Source: Alphaproteobacteria bacterium (GTDB lineage: Bacteria > Pseudomonadota > Alphaproteobacteria > MPNO01 > UBA830). From it: a stretch of 64,000 nt of DNA. Below the pieces are notes generated by a model, which saw only the letters and a list, made by a program, of their open reading frames with translations, ran no database searches and had not been told where the DNA came from. Positions 33,233 to 42,726 of the stretch are shown piece after piece (position 1 is the stretch's first letter; each line of letters begins with the position of its first letter). The DNA lies in the NCBI GenBank assembly GCA_965243135.1, contig OZ251539.1:3296001-3360000 (forward strand). The letters run 5' to 3'. The position numbers and the translations under genes are program-made.

Positions 33233-34186
33233 TCACGGCGCGAAATCCGCAAGGCCGCCGGCCGCTTCGTCGTCGCGCACCGACCCGACGAGATCGCGCA
33301 CCTTCCCGATCCCCTCCGCGGCGCAATACGCCGCCAGATCGTCGACAAGCTCCACCATGGTCGTTGGCCGAATGAAGGTCGCGGTTCCGACTTGCACCGC
33401 GGTAGAACCCGCGACCAGGTACTCGACCACGTCTTCGACCGTCGCGATTCCGCCGCAACCCACGACCGGGATGCCGGTCGCCCGAGCGCACTGATAGGCC
33501 ATCCTCAAGGTGACGGGCTTGAGCGCAGGGCCGGACAGCCCTCCCATGAGGCTTCCCAGCATGGGCTTGCGGGTCCGGATGTCGATGGCCATCGCGAGCG
33601 CCGTGTTGGCGACGACGAGAGCGTCCGCTCCCGCTTCCTCCGCGGCGCGCGCGACTTCCGGCGTTTCGCCGGTGTTGGGACTGAGCTTGGCCCAGATCGG
33701 GAGGTTCGTGGCTTCGCGCATCCGGCGTATCACGTCGCGGGTCGAGCGCGGCCGCATGGCGAAGGCTTTTCCATCTTCGTCGATGTTGGGGCAAGAGATG
33801 TTCGCCTCGATGACGGCGACTCCCGGGACGTCGAGGTCTTCGCAGATCCTGCCGAACTCGTCCGCGGTGGACGCCGATACGCTCACCACCAGCGGTGCCT
33901 CGAACCGGGCGTAAAACGGCAGCGTTTCCGCCTTGAAACGCTCCACTCCCTTGGTGGGAAGGCCGATGGAATTGAGCATGGACCCTTCCACCTCGCAAAC
34001 GCGGGGCGTCGGATTCCCTTCTCGCGCGCGCGGCATGACGGTCTTCGTCACGTGCGCGCCGAGCGCGTCGAGGTCGAAGACCCTTGCGAGGTCCTCCGAA
34101 AACGTGCCCGACGCGGGCATGATCGGGTTCTTCAGGGTGAGTCCGCCGACCTCGACGGAGAGGTCCACCGCCGCCCGGCCTACCAT
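33233..34186 (-). CDS. pyrD: Dihydroorotate dehydrogenase family 1B, catalytic subunit
   Basis: LKNPIMPASGTF, GNPTPR, NSIGL, NISCPN, KLSPN, GGLSGPALKP. Start is 34186 or GTG 34168. Confidence 0.9.
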   Translation of the reverse strand: MVGRAAVDLSVEVGGLTLKNPIMPASGTFSEDLARVFDLDALGAHVTKTVMPRAREGNPTPRVCEVEGSMLNSIGLPTKGVERFKAETLPFYARFEAPLVVSVSASTADEFGRICEDLDVPGVAVIEANISCPNIDEDGKAFAMRPRSTRDVIRRMREATNLPIWAKLSPNTGETPEVARAAEEAGADALVVANTALAMAIDIRTRKPMLGSLMGGLSGPALKPVTLRMAYQCARATGIPVVGCGGIATVEDVVEYLVAGSTAVQVGTATFIRPTTMVELVDDLAAYCAAEGIGKVRDLVGSVRDDEAAGGLADFAP

Positions 34187-34983
34187 CCGAGAGCCTCCTG
34201 CAGGTCGAAAACGGGACCTTCCCTGCACACCCTCCTGTGCACGACCGCGCCGTTCGACCGGAACGCCCGCACGCAGCACTGGCACATGCCGAGCCCGCAC
34301 GCCATTTGCTGTTCGAGAGCGACCTGACCGGGAAGCCCGTATTTTTTTCCCAGCGACTGAAGCAGCCTCAGGATGCGGTCGGACCCGCACGTGTAGAGCG
34401 CATCGACCGTCTCCGCCCGTTCCTCGATCAGACGGCCAAGGTTGTCCATGCCCGACGTGCCGTCGGAATCGGTGACCGTGACAACTTCGGCGCCGAGGCC
34501 GCGGAAAAAATCCACCGACATGAGCAGGGAAGGCGTCCGCGCCGAGCAAATCGCCGTCAACGCGCGGCCGAGACGCTTCGCTTCCAGCGCGAGAGGCGCG
34601 AGCGTCGCGAGACCGACGCCGCGGGCGACCAGCATCAGCCTCCGCCAGTCGGGCCGAACCTCGAAGCCGCGGCCAAGCGGTCCCATCAAGGTAAACGGTT
34701 CGCCCGGCCCGAGCTCGGCCATCGCCGCCGTTCCCGCGCCGGTTACCTTGTAGAGAAAATGAAGCTCGCCCGTCTCCGGAAAATAGCCGTAGACGCTCAT
34801 CGGCCGCCGCAGATAGGGCCGCAGCCCGTTCCGCACGGGGCAGAGAAGATGAAAGAACTGGCCCGGCCGACAGTTCAGGATCTCTTGCGGCGCGTCGAGA
34901 ACCAGCAGGCGGTATTCGCCGGCAACCGGGTCGTTGCGCTTTACAGAGCAGGTCCTTTCGAAGACGCGTTCGGACGCCGACAT
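34180..34983 (-). CDS. pyrK: Dihydroorotate dehydrogenase electron transfer subunit
   Basis: PGQFF, LRRPMS, GPLGRGF, 2Fe-2S motif MACGLGMCQCC..VCREGPVF. Confidence 0.9.
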   Translation of the reverse strand: MSASERVFERTCSVKRNDPVAGEYRLLVLDAPQEILNCRPGQFFHLLCPVRNGLRPYLRRPMSVYGYFPETGELHFLYKVTGAGTAAMAELGPGEPFTLMGPLGRGFEVRPDWRRLMLVARGVGLATLAPLALEAKRLGRALTAICSARTPSLLMSVDFFRGLGAEVVTVTDSDGTSGMDNLGRLIEERAETVDALYTCGSDRILRLLQSLGKKYGLPGQVALEQQMACGLGMCQCCVRAFRSNGAVVHRRVCREGPVFDLQEALGW

Positions 34984-35062
34984 TTCTTGTGTTCCGCTTC
35001 GCGAACCGGACGCGTGCCGCCCGGAAAGGACGCAGTTTGGGAGCCTGTGGATATCTTGTCAA

Positions 35063-35111
35063 GAAAATTCTTTGTATAGAGAATTTTCGGATTGAATTCT
35101 CATTATTGAGA
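35063..35111. promoter_or_regulatory. Palindromic operator candidates in the divergent pyrK / XRE promoter region
   Basis: GAAAATTCT-8 nt-AGAATTTTC (35063-35088) and TCTCA-ttat-TGAGA (35098-35111) in an AT-rich gap. Confidence 0.5.
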
Positions 35112-35162
35112 CAAATGCGGAGGAATGATAGTCTTGCGCCCGAAGCGACGACAGGGTGCCGC

Positions 35163-36104
35163 ATGGACGTTTCCATCGAAGAAGTCGGGCGACGGCTGAA
35201 AGCCTTTCGAATGGGGCTGGGGTTGACCCCGGAAGATCTCGCCCGCAACGCGGGCGTTTCGCGCGCCGCCATCTATCGATACGAGGCCGGGCACCCGCCG
35301 AAGATCGAGTCGCTCGTCAGGATCGCCGAAGGGCTCGGCGTCTCGCTGGCCAACCTGCTCGGAGTGGGTGTGGAATACTTCGCTTCCGCCCTCGGCTTTT
35401 TCGAGCGGATGCGCCAGCTCGAGGAGGACGTCGACCAGATCCGGGTCCTGTTCGGGCCGGTATCCTATTTGCTGACGACGGACGGATACGACGACGTTCT
35501 GCCGCGCATGCTGGAGGAAAGCGTGCCGCCCGACGTGCCGGACCGGGAACGGGCGCTGAAGAACATCGAAGCGCTGGTGGCCGTCCTGCGGCAACGCAAG
35601 GAACGCTACCGGCGGCGCCGGCCCGCCGTTCTGAGCCTCGTTTCCGCCGCCGAGCTTCAGCAAATGCTGAGGTTGGGACTCGTCGGTGCCCACCGCCCGC
35701 CCAAAGCGGATCCGGAAGAACGGCGCGAGGCGGCGCGCGCCGAGGTGAAGAACATCGCGCGGCTCCTGCGCGCGCCTCCGATCGGCGTGCAGATCGGCGT
35801 GCTGATCGATTCCATGCCGGGAGCGAGCTTCCAGATATTCCGCCGCGCGTCGGGCGCCGAAGCGACCGAAACGAGGGTCGCGGTCAGTCCCTTTCGCCTC
35901 GGCGCGTTCTCGAACGTGCGGCTCGGCGTCGCGACCGTCACGGCCGCGCCGGAAGCGGCGCGCCTCTACGACGAAATGACCGACGCGCTCTGGTCGCGCA
36001 GCCTCAAGGGCGACCGGGCCGCCGATTACATCGAGTCGGAGGTCTGCGGACCGCGGCGACCAGGGCGTCTCGCCGGCGCCGCGCCCGATTCAAGCGACTC
36101 GTGA
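35163..36104 (+). CDS. XRE-family transcriptional regulator with C-terminal sensor domain
   Basis: VGRRLKAFRMGLGLTPEDLARNAGVSRAAIYRYEAG HTH; divergent from the pyrK operon. Confidence 0.85.
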   Translation: MDVSIEEVGRRLKAFRMGLGLTPEDLARNAGVSRAAIYRYEAGHPPKIESLVRIAEGLGVSLANLLGVGVEYFASALGFFERMRQLEEDVDQIRVLFGPVSYLLTTDGYDDVLPRMLEESVPPDVPDRERALKNIEALVAVLRQRKERYRRRRPAVLSLVSAAELQQMLRLGLVGAHRPPKADPEERREAARAEVKNIARLLRAPPIGVQIGVLIDSMPGASFQIFRRASGAEATETRVAVSPFRLGAFSNVRLGVATVTAAPEAARLYDEMTDALWSRSLKGDRAADYIESEVCGPRRPGRLAGAAPDSSDS

Positions 36105-36355
36105 TCGCTTCGCATGACGCCGCCGCGATCGAACGATATCCGGCGGCCCGGACGCCTCGACAATTCGGCGGGAAGGTCGGAAAGGAGCGGAGGAACGACC
36201 GCGCGACTGGGATGCGGCCTCGAGAGCGAGCGTCGAGCGGCGGCTTCGCGCCGCGGATCGACGCGGCCGCCGACGGCCCGTTCTCGGGAAGACCGCCCGC
36301 CCGACGCGCCCGGCGGCGGCTTGGCGACTCGTTCTCGCCGGCGAGATCCGTCAGG

Positions 36356-37261
36356 TCAGGGCGACGCCGCTCGCGCTGCGTCGTCGCGAAATCCGTCGAC
36401 GATCTTGTCCGTCATCTGACGAAGCTCGGCGAATTCCAGAACGCCGAGTTCGCGCGAACCGCCGATAAAGCACATCGACTGACAGACGTCCCGGACGAAA
36501 TCCTTCGACGGAGGCCGCTCCTCGGGCGATTGCGGAAGCAGCCGCGCCAGGCTGGCGGCGACCGCGTTCTGGACGACGCTCATTCCGAACACCGGATTCT
36601 TCGACACCATCGCCGAAACGAACCATTCCCAATGCCCTTTCGATTCCCGGAGCATTTTCCCGATCCGGGTTTTCTCTATCCCGGAGCTTTCCTCGGCCTG
36701 GCGAAGCAGGCGTTCCCGCCACCACGCGCGCGCGAACGGGCAGTCCACGAAAACGCTTCTGTTTCCCCGGACATGCGGCAGACCGCCCATCTGCCGGAGG
36801 ATCGAGCGCACGCAGTCGTCCATCCGGACTTCAGGTTTCGGGTCGTTCCTCGACAACGCCCGGTCGATGCGCTCCGCCCCCGTCTGGGAAGAAACGCCGT
36901 TGCTCGCAAGATAGCTCGGCTCGACGAGGCGGGAACGCACGTGCTCCACAGTGAAGTTCGTCCAGAACGACGTGCGCGACGCGACCGCGGGCGGAAGTTC
37001 CTTCCAAAGATCGTACATGCGGGCCTCGGTATCGCACGGCGGATTCTTGAACTGCGCTTCGCTGAGGCGCGACGGGTACAAGTCCGGATTCCTGTCGCCG
37101 ATCACCGATATCCGATCCATCTCGCGAACGAAGGCATCGCCGTCCCTCACCGCTTCGAGGAACCTCTGCTGACCGCGACCGCCTTTTTCGCGCAGCAGTT
37201 TGGCGCGGTAATTCGACCACTTCTCGTCATCGAGCTGCTTCCAGTCCGACCAGTCAGTCAT
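36356..37261 (-). CDS. Hypothetical protein, paralog of 41845-42726
   Basis: MTDWSDWKQLDDEKW..LSEAQFKNPPC..SFWTN..GNRSVFVDCPFARAWWRER, colinear with the 41845 gene. Confidence 0.8.
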   Translation of the reverse strand: MTDWSDWKQLDDEKWSNYRAKLLREKGGRGQQRFLEAVRDGDAFVREMDRISVIGDRNPDLYPSRLSEAQFKNPPCDTEARMYDLWKELPPAVASRTSFWTNFTVEHVRSRLVEPSYLASNGVSSQTGAERIDRALSRNDPKPEVRMDDCVRSILRQMGGLPHVRGNRSVFVDCPFARAWWRERLLRQAEESSGIEKTRIGKMLRESKGHWEWFVSAMVSKNPVFGMSVVQNAVAASLARLLPQSPEERPPSKDFVRDVCQSMCFIGGSRELGVLEFAELRQMTDKIVDGFRDDAARAASP

Positions 37262-38120
37262 CTTCTTCCTTCGTCGGCAAAGCCATTTCATGGGGGTAGA
37301 GCAATGTCGCGGCTTCTTCGGGCCTGAACTCCGTGTCGCTCCAGTCGCAGTAGTTCTCGTCGGCAAGCCTGTCCGCGAGCGTTTCGAGGGACTTGTACGC
37401 GCGCCAGCCTTCCTCCCCTTCGTCCTCGGGAGGATATTCCCGCTGAAGGGCGGCGAAACAGGACGTAACAACGTGAATCATCACGTCGGCGCGCTGCGTC
37501 CGTCGCCCCTTTTTTCCCTGAAGCAGGGCGTGGAGTTCCGGGTTGCAACGCACCTCGAAGCGGAACGCGTCGCCGGCGACCACGTCGGTGCGAAACCGGC
37601 CGGAACCGAGCGCGTCGTCCAGACGGATCGAGATGAGACTCTCCATACCCGACGACTTGAGTTGAAGCACGGGCCCCAGCGCCAGCCATGCGCCCTTCGG
37701 AAACGCCGCCTCGACGCCGTCCCAGGCCGGATGGACCTGGTCCTTGCCGGAATCGAGAACGCAGCGGACGTCCTCGACGCACAGGATCATCGGAGTGAAA
37801 TACGGCGGCTCGCCGAAATTCTTCGGATCCCATTCGATCTTCTGCGTCGCGCCGCAGGACCGCAGTATTTCCCGATAAGCCGAGCGGGGAGCCGAAATGG
37901 CGCAGGCGAAAACGGCTTTCTTCTCCGCCAACAGCCTTTCCACCAGCCGCGCTCCCTCGACCGCGTGCCGCATGACGAAGCGCGACGGGTGGGATCCGTC
38001 GGCTTCGGTATCGATCATGTAATTTCCGTCGGGAAACGAATCGTTCCCCCCTTCGATCACTGGATAAACGCGAGCAGGGAGGGCATTCGTCGACGCGCTG
38101 TCCTTCGCGAGAATTTTCAT
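37254..38120 (-). CDS. Hypothetical protein, paralog of 42719-43588
   Basis: YPVIEGGNDSFPDGNY, APRSAYRE, PPYFTPMI, FPKGAWLALGPVL, VTSCFAALQR are shared with the 42719 gene. Confidence 0.8.
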   Translation of the reverse strand: MKILAKDSASTNALPARVYPVIEGGNDSFPDGNYMIDTEADGSHPSRFVMRHAVEGARLVERLLAEKKAVFACAISAPRSAYREILRSCGATQKIEWDPKNFGEPPYFTPMILCVEDVRCVLDSGKDQVHPAWDGVEAAFPKGAWLALGPVLQLKSSGMESLISIRLDDALGSGRFRTDVVAGDAFRFEVRCNPELHALLQGKKGRRTQRADVMIHVVTSCFAALQREYPPEDEGEEGWRAYKSLETLADRLADENYCDWSDTEFRPEEAATLLYPHEMALPTKEEDD

Positions 38121-38617
38121 TCCGAGGGATCTCCAGCGGAGTGATCCTGTCCGGGCGCGCTGATCTGCACGCGCAGGCCCGCGTCCGGGCGCACCATTCT
38201 CGCGGACGCGGAAACCTACGGCCCGCACCTCGCGGGCGGCGACCTCGTCTCCTGGACGGTCCGGGAGGTCGAAGAGGTTCACGAACGCGACGACGCGATC
38301 CGGAAACCGCTCTGGCCGAACGACGCCTCGCGGCTCGAGTCGCCGGGCGCGGAACTCGCGGAGGCGGCCGTCGCGGGTCCCGCCGATCTCGCGCGCGGCG
38401 ACGTTCTTCGGTGGACGGAGACGGTCGAGGCCGGGCCGTGGGCGGCGTCGCCGGAAGAACGGACGATCGAGGCCGTCGTCGAGGATATCGCGGCCGACGG
38501 CGAGGACGCCGGGAAGGACGGGATCGGCCTCCTGGTCCGGCAGGCCGGGGGCGCGCCTTGCAGGAGAAGGAAGCCGGGCGGCGAGCCGGCCGCCGCGAGC
38601 TGTCTCAGGCGTAGCCG

Positions 38618-39538
38618 CTACGGGACGACGATCTCGCAGGCGGACCGCTTGCCGGCGGCGCGCGCCCGGAGGACGCAGTCGGCGATTTCCGCGCCGTAGC
38701 GGTTCCAGACGAGGTCGCGCCAGCCGTTGGTGGGGTCCGGCGCCGGAAGGATCGCAAACTGCGCATGAAGGAGCAGGCCGAGGGCGAGCAGGCACGGCGC
38801 TCCGACGGCGGCGACGGCGGCCGCCAGCCGCCGGCTACGGGTCCGGTTGACCGACTGCCAGCGCTGGAAATCGGCGGCGCGGGTGCGGACCTGCTTTTCC
38901 AGTTTGGCCGCGGCGGCCGCGACGCTCGCGGGGGAGCCGACCTGTCCGGCTGGTTCGACATCCGCGACGGGCGGAACGACGTCCGCGGTCGCGGCTTCGG
39001 AAGCCTGGACGACCGTTTGCCCGGCGTCTTCGGGAGCGGCGGCCGCTTCGGGCGCCGCCCCGGCTTCCGGGGAGTTGGCCGCGAACTTGTCCGCCGCCGT
39101 TTCGAGTCGGCCGGTGCGCATCTCGATGAATTTGGCGAGGTTGGTTTCGGTCTCGGCGGACTGCGCCGAGATCCGCTCCAGAAGGTTCGGAACGGCCTCC
39201 GGCGGCGCGTTGCGGCGCGGCGGGGCGGTCAGGCGCCTTTCGATCGCGGCCGGCAGTTCCGCCAGCCGCTCGTCGATGTGCTTTCTGATGTTCGTTTCCG
39301 CTTCCGGGATCCGCCCGAGAATCTTTCCGAGCAACCTGTCTCCGGTTTCGTTCGCCGCGCCGGCGGCTTCCGCCACCAGTTCCGCAGGACGGGTCGCGGA
39401 CAACGAAGCCGACGGGGGCGGCAGAGCCGTCAAGCCTGCAGATCGCCGGTCCGGAACGACAGGTTCAGGCTCCGGCGCGATCGCGGCAATCCCGGGCGGC
39501 GCCGCTGCAGGTTCCGTCCCCTTCTGGAGGTCCGTCAT
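38618..39538 (-). CDS. Hypothetical Ala/Pro-rich protein with C-terminal TM segment (possibly mobile-element associated)
   Basis: Long ORF with GC-typical codons, AGGA upstream, TM-like AAAVAAVGAPCLLALGLLL, then DPTNGWRDLVWNRYG..C..C. Confidence 0.55.
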   Translation of the reverse strand: MTDLQKGTEPAAAPPGIAAIAPEPEPVVPDRRSAGLTALPPPSASLSATRPAELVAEAAGAANETGDRLLGKILGRIPEAETNIRKHIDERLAELPAAIERRLTAPPRRNAPPEAVPNLLERISAQSAETETNLAKFIEMRTGRLETAADKFAANSPEAGAAPEAAAAPEDAGQTVVQASEAATADVVPPVADVEPAGQVGSPASVAAAAAKLEKQVRTRAADFQRWQSVNRTRSRRLAAAVAAVGAPCLLALGLLLHAQFAILPAPDPTNGWRDLVWNRYGAEIADCVLRARAAGKRSACEIVVP

Positions 39539-39943
39539 GCCATTTTTCCTTCTTGAGCCGCTCGGCAAGTTGCCCGATCGAAACTCCGAATAACAGGGCT
39601 ACGGGGGCGCAATCGCCGACAGGGCGACATTGTCCATGGCTGCCTTCCGGCTTTCGGCATCGCGTCTGGAGGCGTATGCCAATTCACGGGGCCTCTTCAC
39701 GGATCAAGAGGTCTCTTCTCATGACGAACTCAGTTAGAACTGCGCGTCGGGGCGCTCGGACTGCGCCGGTTCGCGGCGCAGGACAAACGGCGAGCGTCGG
39801 CCCGCCCCCGGGAAGGGGATTTTTTCGCTGCGGCGGCACCTTGACTCACCGGCCAACCCATCCCCATACTACCTTGGCGACAGGGATTGCCGACCGTCGG
39901 TATTGCACTTCGGAGTTGATAGCGGGCATTCATAAATGAAATC

Positions 39944-41812
39944 TCAATCGAATCTGGATAGTGTTTTAATTTTTTCTACGACCAGATCTGCTCGCCTACG
40001 GATGAATTTGTTATATCTTTGCTCGACGTTGCCGTCAGCTCGCATTGCATCGTAAGGAACGAGATGCGCTTCGACTCGGCGCTTTATTTCTTGCTCTCCT
40101 ATGTTTTGTTCAGTGAGAATCTCGTTTAGATATTCATTCGGATCCCTCTTCGAAAATTTCCGATTTGTGCGGCTGTCTAGCAATACTCCGTTCAGCCCGT
40201 GCTGAATTCGTTTTTTGTCGTTTATACCACTGCGTTTGAGAAAATCCATAGGAAAAACATGATGCCGATCAAGTGCACGACTGTCTTCGAGTTCTCGAAT
40301 TTTGGCAGCATCTAATCCATTTCCGATTATCCAACCAGGCGGTGAATCGGAAAGAACCGCTGTCAAAATTGCCCGTCCCAATCGCCCTTTGGCACCAATC
40401 CATGGTACCTCCTTTCCAAGATCTCCAGCCTCCGGCAACGGGTATTCTGCGTCGCGAAATACCTCTGGCATTCGGGTAGGGTTTCCACGCTCCGCTATTT
40501 CTCGCAAACAGACCAATAGTTGCTGATAGTCTTCCAGAACTCGGTCGTTCGCTTGCATTTCGTGTCTATTTGTAAACAAACATCGCCAGTAATAGGCATC
40601 TAGAAGTCTGTGGGCGGTGCCTTGTCGTGCCGGATCTGTGATCTGAACAGTGGCCTCTCGTAACGCGGCGAGGACGTGCAGCGGTGGCCAGCTCGGCAAT
40701 GTTCCTATTGTTGGCGCACCATGTCTCGACGCAAATTCCAAGGCGTGCTTGAGGTCCTCAAATACGCTGCTTAGATTGGCGAGACCCTGCGGGGTTCCCG
40801 TTGGCGCCAGCGACTCCAGCGCGTATTCGTAGTTCGATTCCTTTGGAGGTTTCATTGCCTTCAGGCATGCGACCTTTAACATCCATACCCCGATATCCGG
40901 TATCCAATCGTCTTCATTGCGCCCGAAATAGTACTGGAAAATCTCGTTTTCATTATATGCGGCTCGTATACGATCCCGAAGGCTTTCATCGTAAGTACCT
41001 CGGGCGATTGCCACAACGATGTCGAATCGTTTAATTGGGGCCGACGAACTGTTTGTCTCGATGAAAATATCAACGGCAACATCGATGGTGGTTTGCTCCG
41101 GCAGACTGCAATACCAAAGATTTGTTTTGAACAGGAGCGGTTCTCGCAACTGTGCGTTTATCGCCTTATCTAAAAGCGATACCGGTGCCGCATCTCCGTC
41201 ACCAAATGCTTCATGGCACCAGTTCCATATTTTTCCGAGATCCTCAGGATCTTTTTCTGCATCCCATAGAATATCCGTCGGCAAATAGTTATCGGAAAAA
41301 GCGTTTTGGGGAATCGCCAATCGCTTGCCTTTTGCAGTATTTTGTCGAACCGGCTCGACTTCCTGTACAGCGAGATTTCGATTTTGAAAGTCGTCTACTT
41401 TAATGTAGAAACGATAGTCACTATCATCGGGAAATTTTAGGAGTGCGTGCCAAAGCGAAGTAAGGCGTTGCTGGCCATCAAGCACGAGTTCCGTAACTTG
41501 TCTAGGTCTCCGATTCATACCGCTGAACATTCGGGAATCAAACTGTGGTTCCTCCGCGCTACGTAGGATCAGCATTATTCCCGTTGGCCTGGTTTGCAGT
41601 AAAGCCAACAGATAGTTTGCTGTTTTTTGAGGCGACCAGGTCCAGCTACGCTGAAATTCCGGCAACGCCAGTCGGCCTTCTTCTGCCATTTTTAGCCATG
41701 TCTCAATGTTTCGATGTTCGTACCGAACAACATCATCTGTTGTCACGTTAATCCTCCTGAATTCTTCCTGAGATTTCTGCGACACGGTACCGTAGTTGAT
41801 TCCACGCCACAC
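39944..41812 (-). CDS. DUF262 (GmrS/SspE-like) domain protein with C-terminal HNH/DUF1524-like motif
   Basis: LPEFQRSWTW, VLDGQQRLTSL, IFIETN; C-terminal DRHHVFP..NGVLL..TNR; visibly low GC. Confidence 0.85.
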   Translation of the reverse strand: MWRGINYGTVSQKSQEEFRRINVTTDDVVRYEHRNIETWLKMAEEGRLALPEFQRSWTWSPQKTANYLLALLQTRPTGIMLILRSAEEPQFDSRMFSGMNRRPRQVTELVLDGQQRLTSLWHALLKFPDDSDYRFYIKVDDFQNRNLAVQEVEPVRQNTAKGKRLAIPQNAFSDNYLPTDILWDAEKDPEDLGKIWNWCHEAFGDGDAAPVSLLDKAINAQLREPLLFKTNLWYCSLPEQTTIDVAVDIFIETNSSSAPIKRFDIVVAIARGTYDESLRDRIRAAYNENEIFQYYFGRNEDDWIPDIGVWMLKVACLKAMKPPKESNYEYALESLAPTGTPQGLANLSSVFEDLKHALEFASRHGAPTIGTLPSWPPLHVLAALREATVQITDPARQGTAHRLLDAYYWRCLFTNRHEMQANDRVLEDYQQLLVCLREIAERGNPTRMPEVFRDAEYPLPEAGDLGKEVPWIGAKGRLGRAILTAVLSDSPPGWIIGNGLDAAKIRELEDSRALDRHHVFPMDFLKRSGINDKKRIQHGLNGVLLDSRTNRKFSKRDPNEYLNEILTEQNIGEQEIKRRVEAHLVPYDAMRADGNVEQRYNKFIRRRADLVVEKIKTLSRFD

Positions 41813-41844
41813 GAGGTGTTGAGACTACTTCCAATGGTAAGAAT

Positions 41845-42726
41845 TTATGGATCAGTATCGAGAATGGAATCGATAATCTTCTCCGTCATTTGGCGCACCT
41901 CCACAAAATCAAGAACACCGAGTTCTCGGGAACCTCCGACGAAACACAGTGCATGACAGACGTCTTGGACTAGTCTTGACGGTGGTGGCTTTTCGTCCGG
42001 TGATTGCGGAAGCAGACGCATCAAACCCACGGCTGCTGCGTCTTGGACAAGGCTAGTTCCGAAAACCGGACTTCTCGAAACCATTACCGAAACGAATTCT
42101 ACCCAGTGATTCTTCGATTGCCGGAGCAATTCGCCAATTTGGGCTTTGGGTAGACCGGACCTTTGTTCGGCGCTGCGGAGCACCCGCTCCCGCCACCATG
42201 CTCGCGCAAACGGGCAGTCGGCGAGAACGCTTCTATTGCCCCTCTGCGGTAAACCACCCAGTTGCCGAATGACCGAGCGGACACATTTGTCCATTTGTAT
42301 CTCCGCATTAGTCCCGGTTTTCCTCATCAACACCCGGTCGATGCGTTCCGCTCCTGTCTGGGATGAAATGCCGTTGCTCGCGAGATAGGTTGGCTCTATG
42401 CGGCCGGACCGTACATGTTCCATGGTAGCGTTCGTCCAGAACGACGTGCTTGACGCAACCTTTGGTGGAAGATTCTTCCACAATTCGTACATCTTGACCT
42501 CGGTAGAGCACGGTGGACTCTTGAATTGCGCTTCGCTGAGCCGAACTGGGTAAAGCTCCATGGCGGTATCGCCTACCACAGGTATCCGGTCGATTTCGGC
42601 GATGAAGCCATCGCCGTCCTTCAGCGCCCTCAGGAATTTTTCCTGCTCGGCACCGCCCTTAACGCTCAGGATGTCTTCGCGGAAGGATGACCACTCCGCG
42701 TCGTCCAACCGCTTCCAGTCAGTCAT
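41845..42726 (-). CDS. Hypothetical protein (weakly DUF6339-like), island-2 operon gene 5
   Basis: Overlaps the upstream gene; LPPKVAS..FWT..H and FARAWW resemble the 'W..L.H / SRLWW' pattern from memory. Confidence 0.75.
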   Translation of the reverse strand: MTDWKRLDDAEWSSFREDILSVKGGAEQEKFLRALKDGDGFIAEIDRIPVVGDTAMELYPVRLSEAQFKSPPCSTEVKMYELWKNLPPKVASSTSFWTNATMEHVRSGRIEPTYLASNGISSQTGAERIDRVLMRKTGTNAEIQMDKCVRSVIRQLGGLPQRGNRSVLADCPFARAWWRERVLRSAEQRSGLPKAQIGELLRQSKNHWVEFVSVMVSRSPVFGTSLVQDAAAVGLMRLLPQSPDEKPPPSRLVQDVCHALCFVGGSRELGVLDFVEVRQMTEKIIDSILDTDP

